A DNA stretch of 64,000 nucleotides from Bispira polyomma (Eukaryota): assembly GCA_965649765.1 (NCBI GenBank), contig OZ287754.1, forward strand, positions 48,298,001 to 48,362,000. Reading direction: 5' to 3'. Positions 13,401 to 27,844 of the stretch are shown piece by piece (position 1 is the first letter of the stretch; the number at the start of each line of letters is the position of its first letter). Under the pieces are notes generated by a model. It saw only the letters and a program-made list of their open reading frames with translations. It was not told where the DNA came from and made no database searches. Both the position numbers and the translations under genes were made by a program.

Positions 13401-14365
13401 TGTCAATATGTACAGAAACGCCAATGGTATGGGTTTTTACTTTCCGATTCATTCAGTATACTGGGCGGATATTCTGCAAACTTAACCTTAGACAAAACTC
13501 AAACAGAGGGCATATATGTAAAAGTCATTGTTTATAGTGAAATTAAGCCGTGAATTCTAATATGCAATCAGATTTTACTTATGGCCAGGGATAGGGGAAA
13601 ATACTTCCAATTTCTGGATTCTTGGAAAGCAGAATATTTTTCAAAGATGGAAATAGGAGATTGAAAAACTGTAAACAAGTAAATATACGAGTGTTTTAGC
13701 CTTCAATAAATACAGATGGTTTTAAGAAATTTAGATTTGTACTTCAATCTAGTCATCTAGAATATTTGATTTTGTCTCGAGTAAAAATACTACATAAATG
13801 GTGAATATTTCTTGGGGAGACACATTCTTTTCGATTTCTACTATTTAGAACATCGTTGTGTAAATTCTTTACTACATTTTAGAATTTTCGTACATAATTG
13901 ATAGCACTCTTGGGTTTGCACATCTTATGCACATGTTTGTGAAAAAATCTCAATGACACAAAAAATTTTGACATTTTTACTAAGATAGAGAGATAGTTGT
14001 TTATAATCATCATTAGATTAACTTATATCCAGACAATAAAAAAAAAAACAGAATTGAGGAAAATGAAATCGCCATATTATTTACAATAATTAATATGTAT
14101 TTGATACATAGAATTCCCGAGTTAATCTAATACAAAAGCTAATACAAACATGAGTGTGTGAATAAATCATAAATGCAAATACTCTTTTAAAATACAAATA
14201 ATAAAAAACTAAATTAAATGGCATGCGAAAAGAGGTGTAGAAATATCTAAATAAACGATAAACAATAAGAAATTTGAGCACAACCGATTTTAGCCATATT
14301 TTAGTATGGCATAGTATGGCTTAACATATTTTAGCCAAGTAAACAAATGAATACTAGAAAGAACA

Positions 14366-14563
14366 CAATAGAACCTCTATTATCCAAACCGCGATTATCC
14401 GAATATTCAATTTTCACGAACCCAATGACACACGCTGCCAAATTTTATGTGTTTTTCTATCTCATCATAATGGAATGTATATTCTATATTTATGAACCTT
14501 TCAATTATTTGGAAAAACATTCTAGCTCCCCGCAAACTGGTTGTTTAATAGCAGGTTCTAATG
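14366..14563. mobile_element. MITE, CAGTAGAACCTC family
   Basis: TAGAACCTCTATTATCC...AATAGCAGGTTCTAATGTA. Confidence 0.7.
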
Positions 14564-16144
14564 TACCTTTTTTACCAGAATCTATTGCATGTGCGAGATG
14601 TTTAAGATCATAGAACACGTCATTTAAATGTAGCAGGTTTAATTTACAAGGAAAATTGTTTTTTTATTTTTAAACCACAATTAGAACATGAATTTATTCA
14701 CAGCGATTCAACCAAAGAATGGAGAATATTTGAGAATCTAATTTTTTTTTGACTTAGAAATACAATGTAATAATGAATACAGACACATAACCAGACAAGC
14801 TACAGGCTGTTAGTATGGAACAGTAAAATATAACCAAAACGTAGAAGCTTCCAGTAAACCTCAAACTTGCTGTACCAGGAATATACAGATGTAATACTCA
14901 AGTACACCAGAAAACCTGTATTATCTGAACTTCTATCATCCAAGTGTTCAACGATAATACAAACTCCATTTCAATCTCCCCAAATTTAAATATTTTCCTT
15001 TTTCGAGACGGGCCGAAATTGTACTTCAAATTCTGAACAGACCAAATTAAGAGATTTGTAGTCGAGTGTAAAGAGTTTAGCAAAGAATTTCTACCGTGCT
15101 TTTCAAATACGTTTACTTCCAAAAAAGCGCCACTGGAAATAGTTACTAAGCTTAACTGTACCTTTGGAATTTATAACTGGCCATTTAATATACAGCACAA
15201 TTTTCAGCAGGATTTTTGTACATGTGAATGTAACTGCTGTAGACTTTACTGCAAGGGTTGTTTTTGTTTTTACTACAAAGGGTTAATTGAATCAATACAC
15301 ATTGAAAAAAAGCACACTATAACAATAATGATTAGGAGAAGCAAAAAGAAATTTGACACCATTTAAATAATTTATTTGTTTTCTTTAAAAAAAAAAAATA
15401 TCACACTACCATACACATATCTAGTCATATACGGCACACAGATATATACACACAAAAAAAAAAATGAGAAAAAAAAAAAATGAGAAAAAAAAAAAACTCA
15501 GTTAATTTAAAAAAACAAACCACTAGAAAGAACTTAACACACACACACACAGCGAGAACAATAAATACATACACAACTTCACCCAGAATTTTATAAAGTA
15601 CACACCCAATCTACTAAATATATAGAGAGATAATAACTTGAATATATAACGCAAGAGATATCTACTTCATGTAGTAGTAGTAGTAACACGTATACACACA
15701 CATAGCTAGATATATATATAGATAAATTTTGTTTACATGTAATAATATAAGAGTATATATGTACGAAGCACTAACATATCACAATTCTATCCACTAGACT
15801 GATTACAAATTCCTGAATAGTAAAATATTATATACACAAAATTTAAAAAAAAATCGGTACAAAGACCAAAAAAGAACTTCAATACAGGGAGAAATCAGAG
15901 GACAATGATGATGAATTCTAACCAGCTTGAGCAGATTACAGTAACAAGCTAAAACTTCCTCTACCCCCCTAAAAAAACAATATTCTAACACGACATGGCA
16001 GTGTCGGTGACTCTTGGGAGTGTACAAACACCCAGGCTTCGCCTTCGTGTTACTATGCCTCCAATCGTAGTAAAAATTACCATATACCGAGCTTTGTCAT
16101 TGGTTATTCCTATATTTTCCCCAATAGAAATTTTGGCCTTCATA

Positions 16145-16461
16145 CAGTAGAACCTCTATTATCCGACCTTCTATTATCCAAATATTTGATTTAACAAACT
16201 CAATTTCACTCTCCTAAACTTATTTGTTACTATTGTTTTTATACTAAATGCCACTTCTATTTCTCAAAATGCTCGTAAAATAGAGAGTCCACTGCACCAC
16301 ACCCAAAACGTATCCATATAGTATAGTAGAATACACTGTCCTCCTATGACATAGTTTTTAGTGACACATAAAATGCCTAATTTTTATTTCCTTTTTTAAT
16401 GAAAGTTCCAATTATCCAAACACATTATCTCCAACATGTTCGGATAATAGAGTTTCTGCTG
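16145..16461. mobile_element. MITE(s), CAGTAGAACCTC family
   Basis: TACAGTAGAACCTCTATTATCCGA...TCGGATAATAGAGTTTCTGCTGTA. Confidence 0.75.
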
Positions 16462-19400
16462 TATCTCCATGACAACTAGAATTTTTTTTTTTTCGTTTCT
16501 GGACAATTAGAATGCCAATAAACATATAGGTTTCATCCATTTTCCTTTTCTTCAACATCCCAAAAAAATATCACAATAGATTTTGATTACAGAAGTATCT
16601 GTCACAGCTGATGGTACAGGCTCTCTCAGATTGATGTGACTTAAACTCTACAATGGATTGTGACTCGGTGGATATTGTTATAATATATCAAGCCATTTGT
16701 TAGTATCAACAGCAGCCATACCGTGTATATGAAACCCTTTCAGACCCCCGAAGGTTGTCGGTTAACTGTCCTGTCTGTCGGCAAGCCCAAAATATCATGT
16801 GATTTTTTCCTCAGTTCCTCACAGTAGGAAATTGTTAGTACAGCAGACTTCCCTGTTTTTTTTTAAATTATACGCAAGCCTGTTACTTAATGGCGAAACT
16901 TGTTTGTGGTGTGTGTTTTGATGACTTCAGCTATCTGAAGCCCCGTTGCTAAAAAATTTCCTTCAGACTTCCTAGTAGTGGTTTTCTCCAAGAAAAGAAA
17001 GGGTTACCATAAAACCTACTAAGGCTCGTGGAAACTGATATCACACTTCGTACCCTGTGCTCTCTCTGTACCGTTAAATTTTAATTTTTTAAGAAAGCTT
17101 TACCAAGCCTGAGTTGCTCAAACTGTCAAGAGTTCTATCAAATACTTTGTAAAAAGCACAAAAATTGATATTACTACTACAAGATTTAAACACTCTGTAC
17201 AATACCCATATAAGGAGTTTTTTGTTTTAATGCACGTACACTGATACGTATAGTACATAGCTTCATTTTCAAACTGCCCACAAAAAAAAATTGGCGGAAT
17301 TATAAGCGGGTGGTGTTCATATTTTATATCTACAGTATCTTGGAAAAACAATAAACCAGTGAATACATTTGTATCTATGGGTGAACAAATATATGTAGCT
17401 ATATATGTATAATATGTCTATTTTTTTTATATATATAATAAAAAAAAAAAAAAAAAAAAAAGTGCTTGAAGAGAAAAAGATGTACACAGGTTTTTAAAAG
17501 CTATTGAATTTTTGTATATATATAAAACATGCAAAGTTATTTAGCACCTCTATTCTTGATTACACTTAATGGGGGGCGGGGGGGATGGTTAAAACTATCT
17601 ACAATAAAGAATATTTACAATCTTCAATCAGATACACAATGTCACAATGCCAATACGCTGCTTTCTAGAGGTCTGGGTTTTTAAAATAAATTAAGTCGGG
17701 TTGGGTTTTTACGTCGTTTTCAACAGCTTAGATCTTTATATAATTTTAAGTTGCACCAAACACGAGTTGAAAGTTCGTTTGTTTGTTCGACGTATTATAG
17801 CTAATAACGTCACATACTTAATACAAATAGCAGATACTTAACGTTAGAAATCTTTATATTTTAACGGACAAAATATATATATCTTAAGTCACATAATTCA
17901 ATCTTTGCCAAAACCAAAATAAAAAGGTTTTTTTTCTCCAATAAGATCAAACACTGCTATTGAATCTGTAGATTAGCAACAAAATCCCTACGACTTTTAT
18001 TCGGTGAAGACTCAACTCACACAAAACACTCGTATAGCTACTAAAACCCAACTCTTAAAACCCCATACAGCCTACTACTTATTGCAAAGTCTAAGAGATC
18101 TGGTATAAAATACAATGGTTGGTCAGTGAATACTACCCAATACTTTCGATACATGTACACATCTACAGCTGCAGAAGTATAGCCTTATATCTATTGTGAA
18201 CAACTAGTGTGTTGCATTCATGTTAAGAAACTAAGTTTCAACAAAAAATAAAGAGAAGAAGAATCTCCCACATATTCAAGCTCCAGCAATGTTTATATAT
18301 TAGATAGTAATACAGTAAGCAAATTAATAGTAGTACTGCTATAATACAATATAGGGAATATATAGAAAGAAGATTAAAAACAAAAAACTCCAACTAAAAT
18401 ATATAAATAGATGCTGACTAGACACACCAAGCTAGAATATACAGGTAAATACATATGTATTAATTATTATGTAACACCGAAACAAACGAACAAACGTCAC
18501 TCTGTGGCAATCTTTGTTGAAGCACCGCCTGCAGACATATCCTGACCAATCAAAATGTGCGAGACAAAATTTGTCAAATGTAATGTGTGATTCTTCTATA
18601 TATTACAATTTCATTGGATTAAAAATTCTTCAATATGGAATCATCATTCAGCTTTAAAATATAAACTTATAATTTCTTTGTATATATTTTTAATCGGCTG
18701 CTCTAAAAACTACACTGGAAATCTTATCTTAAAGACGCAATTGACTCTTTCTTGATACATAGGACAAACAAGCCTATTATTACACACAGACTAGAAGTGG
18801 GGATTTCTCATAATGTCACTTTGAAACAAGACATATGCCATATCACAACGGCCAGTTTGACCGTGGAAGAAATCAAAACACGGTTAAGTTTGGTCAAGGG
18901 TCTTCTGCTCTATTTACTACGCCCCTTCAGCAAGTTTTTAAAATTGCCCTGTAGCCCGGGCACCACTACCTATATAGCACTTTGCCATTATTCCACTGGA
19001 AAAATCTCCCGTCCTTTAAAAGCCAATAAAGCACACTCTAATTCTTATATTTACGAGGACTCCTTCAGTCCTTCCCCTCTTTTAACAAAACAGTATGTAC
19101 ACCATACAAAGGTTGTCACATGACCAAACACCACTTAGCAGTTAGTAAGAACACACACACACATCTACGCAATATACTCCCGAGTTAATCTAAGCACACA
19201 AGACGTAATCCTATGCAGTGAGGTAAAAGAAAATAGCAACCACTAGCAATGAGGACAAAGTGTGTGACACAAAACACTACTTCTATAGAGAAGTAACAAT
19301 GAACAGCTATAGATATCCCCAGCCCCCCAAAAATATTAGTAGTATTGCTCAAAATTTAAAACCCAAAACAATAAATTGCGAGTAAAACGGGAAATTACTG

Positions 19401-22400
19401 ACAACATTCTAAAGATACAGCCATTAATTTTAAAGAGAAGGAGTTTAAATAAAGTTCTCTCCACATCTGTTACTGCCTGATCAAACTGTATGAAAGATTC
19501 TCATTGGTCAAAATGTGGACCAAAAAAATGTAGGTAGGCACTTCTTAAAGTTTCATTTTAATAAGGTATAATAATTCTTGTTGTTCCAGTTTAATTTTTT
19601 TTTAAAGGATTTTACAGAATTTGCATCATGCGTTGTGTTTGTAAACTTGATCCAATATTTCAGGTTTCAACATTAAAGTTTCAGAAGTGGTATTTTTTAC
19701 AAAAATTAGTGTTCAGTGAGAGGATAAAAATGGCAATGCACGAGATTTAACTGTTTATAGAAATCAAAAACACTAACTTTTTTTTCTTCAATTTGGAGTT
19801 CTTTACTTTCTTTAAATAATACTAAAAGATGGTTAGTCAAGACTTGTTAATGTGCAATAATATATATATATATAGCAAATGCAAATAAAGTCTGCAAAAA
19901 CCCCTGGCAATGACCAATCTTATGCTTCGAAGCACTGTCTGAATACCACTGAGATTTATAGTGACTAATATACGGGTGGCTACAACTAATTAACAGTCAG
20001 GTGTTAGAAGTTTAGAACAACAAAACTATGGAATCCTACTCCAGAAGTTACTCAACAAACCAATGCAGAACCATTTTACTCAACCTGAAACAACGTCAAC
20101 AAAGCAAAATAGGATCAAGAAAACAGAATTAAAAAAATAACCCAAGATTTAAATGTGATGCATTCATATAGCGCTTTCTCTTGATAGCCCAAAACGTTGT
20201 ACACGCTAAACAATCTACCATTAAAAAATAAAAAAAATATTTTCACCAAATGTATGACATTTTGCCATGTGTTATTAAAATTTTACTTTAATTTTTAAAA
20301 CTTTTTATTTTTATGGTAAAAATTTTGGAATTTTTGGACAATTTTGTGTGGAATAATGTTTTGAATACCTCATAAGCAGCAAAATGTCTATTTTTTCCAC
20401 ACCAGGAAAAGCCATCTTTGTCGTTATGTAACTCTAATAGAATTTACAGGTACCAAATTTTAAAATTTTCAGCACTGGTAATCCAACTGGTAATATAGTT
20501 AAAGAAAATTGAATGGCAAATGGTTTCCACACCTAAACGTTGTTACCCGATTTTTATCTGAGAGGAAGACATTGGCTCATTTAAAATATAGAAGAACTAC
20601 ACATTCTAATAATGCTATGGCGAACAAACAAAATAAATTTACAATTATTAATTCTAAAATTTACAACAAAAGAGCGTCTTTGTTTATACAGTGCTAAATA
20701 AAACAAAAACAAAATGGCATAAATACAGTTTTGTTGTTTTTGTACAAGTTATTAGTATTTTATTATTATATACATCTCTAAAATAATAATAAGATCAATT
20801 GATTTTTGTTTTATACAAATTTCATTTGTCATAGTATTAAAAAATAGCATAAAATTTTGTACAACTCCACTAATAATAATAATTCTTTCTCTATTTACAG
20901 TGTTTTACTATACAGCTGTAATTTATATGCATGTACTGGTGTATATATATATGTACACATATAATAGATTTATCTACACATAAAAAAAATCACACAAATA
21001 AGAATAATATGCAGTTAATCTAAAGAGACTGTAAAGCACACTGACAATTTAGGTTTAAATGAGATCACAAATATTACTTCTATATCTACAAAGAAATGGC
21101 GAGGGTCCATTTCCATGCTTTTCAAATTCAACAGTGGGGTTATTAGATCAGGTGTCAGAACAACGACAACTCTTCGATAGGATCAACTTGTGCGTACAAA
21201 CATGGACCAAAAAGCTCAAACGAAAAGACAAGCTAACAATTATAACTTGCTTTTTTAATTAAAAAGTGTCCCCTTAGGTTCTAGGAAGAAAAGTGCCCCT
21301 CAGGTTCTGGGAAGGCGAAAAAAAGAGCACCTGATTTGAAGGGAAAATGTATACTATACAAAATTGTTTCACCATACCGCGCTTAAGATAATTTTGATAT
21401 AACAAATAGCGTTAAAACAGATGCTCCCATTTGCATGTTGCTAGTTATGGCTACTTTGTACAAGTCAAACTTCCAAGTAATTTATACGTTTGTATTTTAC
21501 ACTATATATTGTTGGGGGGACTTGTGGAAATTACTTCTAATTATGGCAATATGCGACATATGGCAGTTTCTACTCATTCCTAATCCACTGTAACTGCGAT
21601 CAAATACTATTGGTATTTTTCAGCTTTTTCAAGATACAAAATTTTTGTTATTGTTTTATGGTTTCTTTCAGCTTCATTTTACACAAAAAGACAGATTTTA
21701 CTTATACCTTGCTTTTTCAATTGCAGAGATGTTAAGATGATGTCTCAATGACAAGGATAATGTAGGGAGGGGGTGAGGGGGGGTGACTTAACTTTATGCC
21801 ATCTCGGCAGATGTATATCCATCCAAACGTCTAATTGACTTAATAGGTTACAAGCCTGCAGTAATGTGATATATTAAGTTCTATCTACCTCAATTTCTAT
21901 CACTACAACAGAATAGTTTTCCCTCCAATTAAAACTCACCATTTTTAATTCAGATACAAATCACATGAATAGATATAAAATGTAAAACACATTCGGTCAT
22001 TAGGGTAAAAACACAAACTTCAAATCATCTCTGTTTTGACATTTTCCTTAAACAAAGACAATGAATGGAATGTATCAAGTCTGACTAAGCTGTTTCAGAA
22101 AGGATACTTTTTTAACTTGTGCTTTTCCTTCAACCCGTTAAGACATCACAGCTACAGCGCATATGAAAAAAACATTCAATTCCATTTCATTAATGTACAT
22201 TGTTTCACAAAACCTTAAATCAATATTACTGGATTGGTTCTCTGTAGAACCATGATATTGCATCTTAACCATACATTATATATATACATACACACAAAAA
22301 TTAAATTTCTTCCAAATTCAGTAGTGTTATATAGCAAATGAATAATGGGTTAATGAGTCATTTCCTCACATGAAAAGGCAGAAATCACTGAAGCTACTGT

Positions 22401-24548
22401 GGTCTTAATTAGATATAAATGCGACAGATTTTTTCTACCCCCCAAGACATTTGATCTAATTAGCAAGATTTTAGAACTGTCTAACTGGATTCGATCAAAT
22501 TTTCTGACATTGATTTACAAGACTAACTTCTAAGCATTGGTTTATTTACAAGAGTGACAAGGAGAGAACCAATTTATCAACTTCTAATGTTTCAGTAATT
22601 TTGGTTGGCTGGGCTCTTATTAGAAAAGGCGATCCGACTGGCTGACACAAAGATTATACATTTGTGGAAAATGGGCCTAAAGGGTCTGCATCGGCTTTGT
22701 AAAAATCCAGGTTTCTATGGTAACCATTTACATGAACTTAAAATGTGGACTTAAGATTTATTTATTTTTCCCATACTGCCTAAAAGCAATCCACAGATCG
22801 CCAACTTGACTTATGTAGGAGAGTTTTACACAGAGTATAAATCCAGAATATGATGGGCCTTTTTAGACTCTACCAAAACTGTACACAAATCACTAAATCT
22901 ACTTAAATAAAAATAATAAATAGAAGAGATCAATTAGTTTATCATTTGATAGAATGACAAGAAAAGAAGGTATCTGGAGCTTCTTAGGGGCCCAAAGATG
23001 AATAAATAATACTTCAAATTGTCCCATGCTTTCTACTAACGTGAGTTCTGTGCCTTAATACAATAATGGGCATTAGTTTTACTACTAATAATACCTCAAC
23101 TACTAATTTTCTATCTAATTCTCTGTGGGAAGTAAATCATCTAAGTTTCATTTATTTTTTTTTTACAGAAAGAAGAATATTAGTAGCTTCACAACAGTGC
23201 TATAATGCTGTAGTTATTCTATCTATATGAAACCTATCTTTTGGTACAAGAAATGGTTAATAATTTTACTAAGACCTACAGTTATTTCTTAACAGACACC
23301 ATTAGACAGCTAGCAACTGGACAAACAGGCATTGTGCCATTGGATATTCATAATTTTGACACATTTTTTTGTTATAAAAAAATACAAAATATTTAGTGCT
23401 GCAACAAATAAAAAGAACAGCTAGCAAATAAAGTAAGAGATATGATTCAACAAAAAAAAAGACAGCTCTTAACTTTTACTAAGACAAATAAGACAGATAA
23501 TTATAAAATTGTTAGGGAAACATTTAAGCTACGATTTCAACGGTTTACAAAGTTCGGCAGGATGTTTTCACAAGCTATGCAGTACGTCTAATATACAAAA
23601 TATAATTAAGCACATATCTCTATATATATAAATATGGGTTGAGTTTGTTTTTAAAATACGCACAAAACTAAAGACCCTCCCAGCAAGAATTTGGTCAAAA
23701 GCTCTAGTACAGTCCATAAATGCATTGCCATTGAAAAAAAAGAAGAGTAAGATATAAACACAAAACTAAAAAGGAGGAAATGAAAATCACTGACCCTGGT
23801 GTTAGAATCTAGTTTTCCAGTGCAGATTCTAATTTTCTGTGTGTACAATTTGTACAACAACACACTATGAAGCAAGCTGTTAATACCTTTTGACAACTTT
23901 AAACCAGCACCTCTGTTTGTTTTATGACTAATTACAAAACTACGGCAAAAACTATTAAAAGTAAACATGACAAAGTTGGGTGGGGAACAAAAAAACTAGA
24001 AGAAAAAGGAAAAACTAAGTTAAAACTAATACTTAGTACTATTAATTAGTATACATCTCCCGAGTAGTATCATAGCAGGACCTTTCTAATATGTTTCGGG
24101 GGTGCGACAGTACCGAAAAATTTGTGTCTAGGATTTCACTAGTCAAAAACCGTTCTGATGCCGGGATACCAGCCAAAATAAATAGAACTATTTACTGCAA
24201 ATGGAGCACACCTTCAAGAACAGAAAGTAATCAAAAAAATAAATTAAAAACACGTGCGTTATGCCTAGAAATGAGCAAACAGTAGTAAAACCTTTCTAAT
24301 TGAAATAATCTTATCATCATAAAATCTATTTTTATGATTCAATAGTGAATAGTTTGTTAACTCATTTGCAGTAAAAAGCCTGTATTTTCCGAATCTCCTG
24401 CATTTTTATTTAATCGCGTTCTTTAGCCCAAATGCTCCTGATACCTGGATTATACCGTTTCACCACTAAAAATATGATTAGTGATATAACTGTTATTACA
24501 TGGCATGCTATACCCATCTGTCTATATATATATATAAAGAACATAAAA

Positions 24549-24856
24549 GTCAGAACCTCTATTATCCAAACCTTCTATTTTATCTGAATATTAAAACTTG
24601 ATGAGCTCATTTCCCACTGTTCCAAATTTGGCCAGCACGACTCAAATAACTTCACTAGCTCCTACCACTTTCTTAATTTGAGCACCATTTATTTTCTTAA
24701 TTTCTACCTCAACTCATAAATTTTATTTCAAGAAACTACGTGTTTTTCCTAGTGTTTATAAACACAGGCAAACACCTCTTAATGAAACCGTCTATAATCT
24801 GAACAAGAAATGTCGCTCTGTCTCCCAATTTGTTTGGATAACAGAGTTTCTAATTG
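24549..24856. mobile_element. MITE, CAGTAGAACCTC family, degenerate
   Basis: AGAACCTCTATTATCCAAAC...GTTTGGATAACAGAGTTTCT. Confidence 0.65.
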
Positions 24857-24917
24857 TACGCACACAGAAACGCCCCTCTATTTTTACATTATACAAGCTT
24901 TTTTTTAAACATAGCTA

Positions 24918-25117
24918 NNNNNNNNNNNNNNNNNNNNNNNNNNNNNNNNNNNNNNNNNNNNNNNNNNNNNNNNNNNNNNNNNNNNNNNNNNNNNNNNNNN
25001 NNNNNNNNNNNNNNNNNNNNNNNNNNNNNNNNNNNNNNNNNNNNNNNNNNNNNNNNNNNNNNNNNNNNNNNNNNNNNNNNNNNNNNNNNNNNNNNNNNNN
25101 NNNNNNNNNNNNNNNNN
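24918..25117. other. Assembly gap (200 N)
   Basis: Run of N. Confidence 1.
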
Positions 25118-26224
25118 TCGCAATAAATAATATATGTACATATTATAAAACAATTACCTGACTTCCCTTCTAAAATACCCCCTCATTTCCCTCCGCTCTC
25201 ACAAAATTATTAGTCACAAATGCAAACAAATAAGGGGTGGGGGGTCGAAAAAAACACAAAAACCGTCACGCACACACAAGGGAGTTATTAGTATGAATTG
25301 AAATCACCATGAACTATAATATCAGAAATACAGTTATTATACACTAATAGAATAGATATATTATATATATTATATATATATACAAGCTAACTTTTACAAA
25401 TATAAAATCCATGTATCTCTTTCTAAAACACATCTTTTGTGGGGGGAAAAATATATATATTATATTGCCTTTCATATTCTACCACATATAGTATTAGTAT
25501 ACAGTTGTTTTTTTCCATAATTACACGCTTAATAAAGGAATTTCTCTCTATATATATCTAATTATATATAAAAATACACAGACCACACACAAACAAGCAT
25601 CAACCCAACCTCTAACAGTATGAATCATTAAAATATATGCTTTTTTAATTAATTAAAAATCCAGTATCTACACAAAAAACACCCCAACACATACACAATG
25701 CTGTGCAACTATAATAATATTATATATTTATACTAAAAAGTGCTATAAATATCTGATATTCACAAAAAAAAAAAAAATCTTTGTACAACGAGCTCTAATA
25801 GATTTCTTTTTAAAAATTAATAATAACTTTACACACACATAAATATATATCCATCCCAGTTTTCACTTTTTAAAAATCTGTTGTTTTTTTTACACCATAA
25901 AATATATAATACTATATATATATATATATCAACACTGCTTTATATATATATATATATACACAAGAGAAAAATTGAACACACCACTGAAATAAAAAGTATA
26001 TACTATACACTATACACACGATAGATTATAACTAGAGCTTTAGGATCTGTAATACATACAAAGGGCTAATATTTATGGCACAAGACTACAATCAACAGTC
26101 TACTCTCCTCTATGTTTAAGAACATTTCTTACGTTTAAAACTTTTCCGTTCATTTTCTTAATTATTCCTCCATTTTAAAAAGATTTACGGCGAGAAGGAT
26201 TTTTGGTCCAATATTTTTTTTTTG

Positions 26225-26411
26225 TCACTGTTAACAGCTTAAGTGATATGACGATGGCCAGATTTAGTGGTGGAAGCAAGTAGTACTAAAACACTGACCT
26301 AGGGCAAGTCCCTGACAAACATTCACACATGATGGGGGCGAACAGGACTCAAACCCACATTGGTGAGAGGCCAGTGATTGTAAAGCAGGTGCTTCTAACC
26401 ACTACTGGCCC
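26225..26411 (-). mobile_element. SINE family B
   Basis: AACAGCTTAAG...GGGCAAGTCCCTGACAAAC...CCCACATTGGTGAGAGGCCAGTGATTGT...CTAACCACTA. Confidence 0.8.
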
Positions 26412-27799
26412 TATTAAAGGTTAGAAACTGAACCTTGGGTTTCATGTCTGAAATTTTCATGTCCTGTAAGAACCAATGTGACTATCAATCATTGTAGTTT
26501 GGCAGTTGCACCAGAAGTGTCTTTAACTTTGTTGGCATATGATAATTACACAAATTCTGACAACCTACTGTTCTGGTCAGACATTCATACGACTGCTATT
26601 TTTGAGTTATCTTTATCTTAGCCAATCAGACCGCTGATAAATTACGACTACCTACTGTGATTTGTTCGCAATTTCTTTTTTTCAAATACAGATTTTTGTT
26701 AAATTCAATAAAGATAGTCCTCCATTATTAACTTAATAAGTCTGTTTTTCCCCCTCATGTGTTTATGCTCTTCATATATTGACAGCAGGTTTATGACATA
26801 CTTTGTACTGGGTACCACTGAACACATATAAAGTGTAGAGATCAATTACCGATACAAGGCAATGGAAAGAAATCCATTTGATATACATTCCTACATTGCT
26901 CCAGACTCCATTGCATTTTTTTAATCCGAATTTACAGAAACATATGCTGTAAGACTTTTCAAAGAAAGCTCTTAAACATAGAAAAGGAGTAAAATGTAAA
27001 AGGTTTACACACAGCTCTAAAAGGCACACACACCTTTTAAAATCTAGTATTAATAAACACCCTAATTGATATGCAAATATGTCGTAAAATGCAAGAAAAA
27101 ACCACAAGATATACACACATACACACCAAGAAATAATTTAAATCAGTGATTAATAATAAAAACACCCGCCCTTTTTAAAAGAAAAAAAAGTTAAACCATT
27201 ATTTCATTATTGTACAAAACCTGAACAAAAAGTAGTCAAAATACCCATTTTTTTTGTGTACTTAAACAAAACTAAGTCACTTATAGCATTTGTACTGATG
27301 TACAGTAAGAAATATAATAAATGTCACTTATCTAAAATTCGCCACCCATAAAACTTTTAGCTGATTCAAAGAAAACAGTGACGTTTGGGTCTACATATCA
27401 GAATATTTCACCACTAAAAACAACTTTCAACAAATCTTTTGACTTATTTTTGTCTCATTTACCTGAGTTTGCAATTTAGGATGTGGCGAAATTAATATTA
27501 GTGGCGTAATTTATATTCCTCACTTTATGCCTTGTTTTTACCGTACATCAATACTTGAAATCTTTGTAGTCACACGGTTTTATAAGATTATGACAAGCGC
27601 TAGTGATTGCTGTGTTTTTTTTAGAAACATTCTATTTGCCACGAAAACTACAAAGATTATTAGTTCGCTTGGGAATAACTAATGACACGTTAAAGTAAAT
27701 TCCATAAAATTTGCCCCACACTTCTGAAATTGATCCATACTACAGATCTCTTGGCGAGTAAAATAAAACTGGACAAAGATGATCTTAATAATGACTTAA

Positions 27800-27811
27800 C
27801 CCCTCCCCCCC

Positions 27812-27842
<31 letters not shown>

Positions 27843-27844
27843 AA
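27800..27844. repeat. C28 homopolymer abutting A12 (G-tract on the HIPK sense strand)
   Basis: Direct reading. Confidence 0.9.

Noticed and set aside
15985-16015. CAGTGT-containing hairpin resembling an iron-responsive element
   Set aside because: Lacks the bulged C, has a stem mismatch, and is on the strand opposite the HIPK UTR.
24854-25153. ORFs spanning the N run
   Set aside because: Artefacts of the assembly gap.
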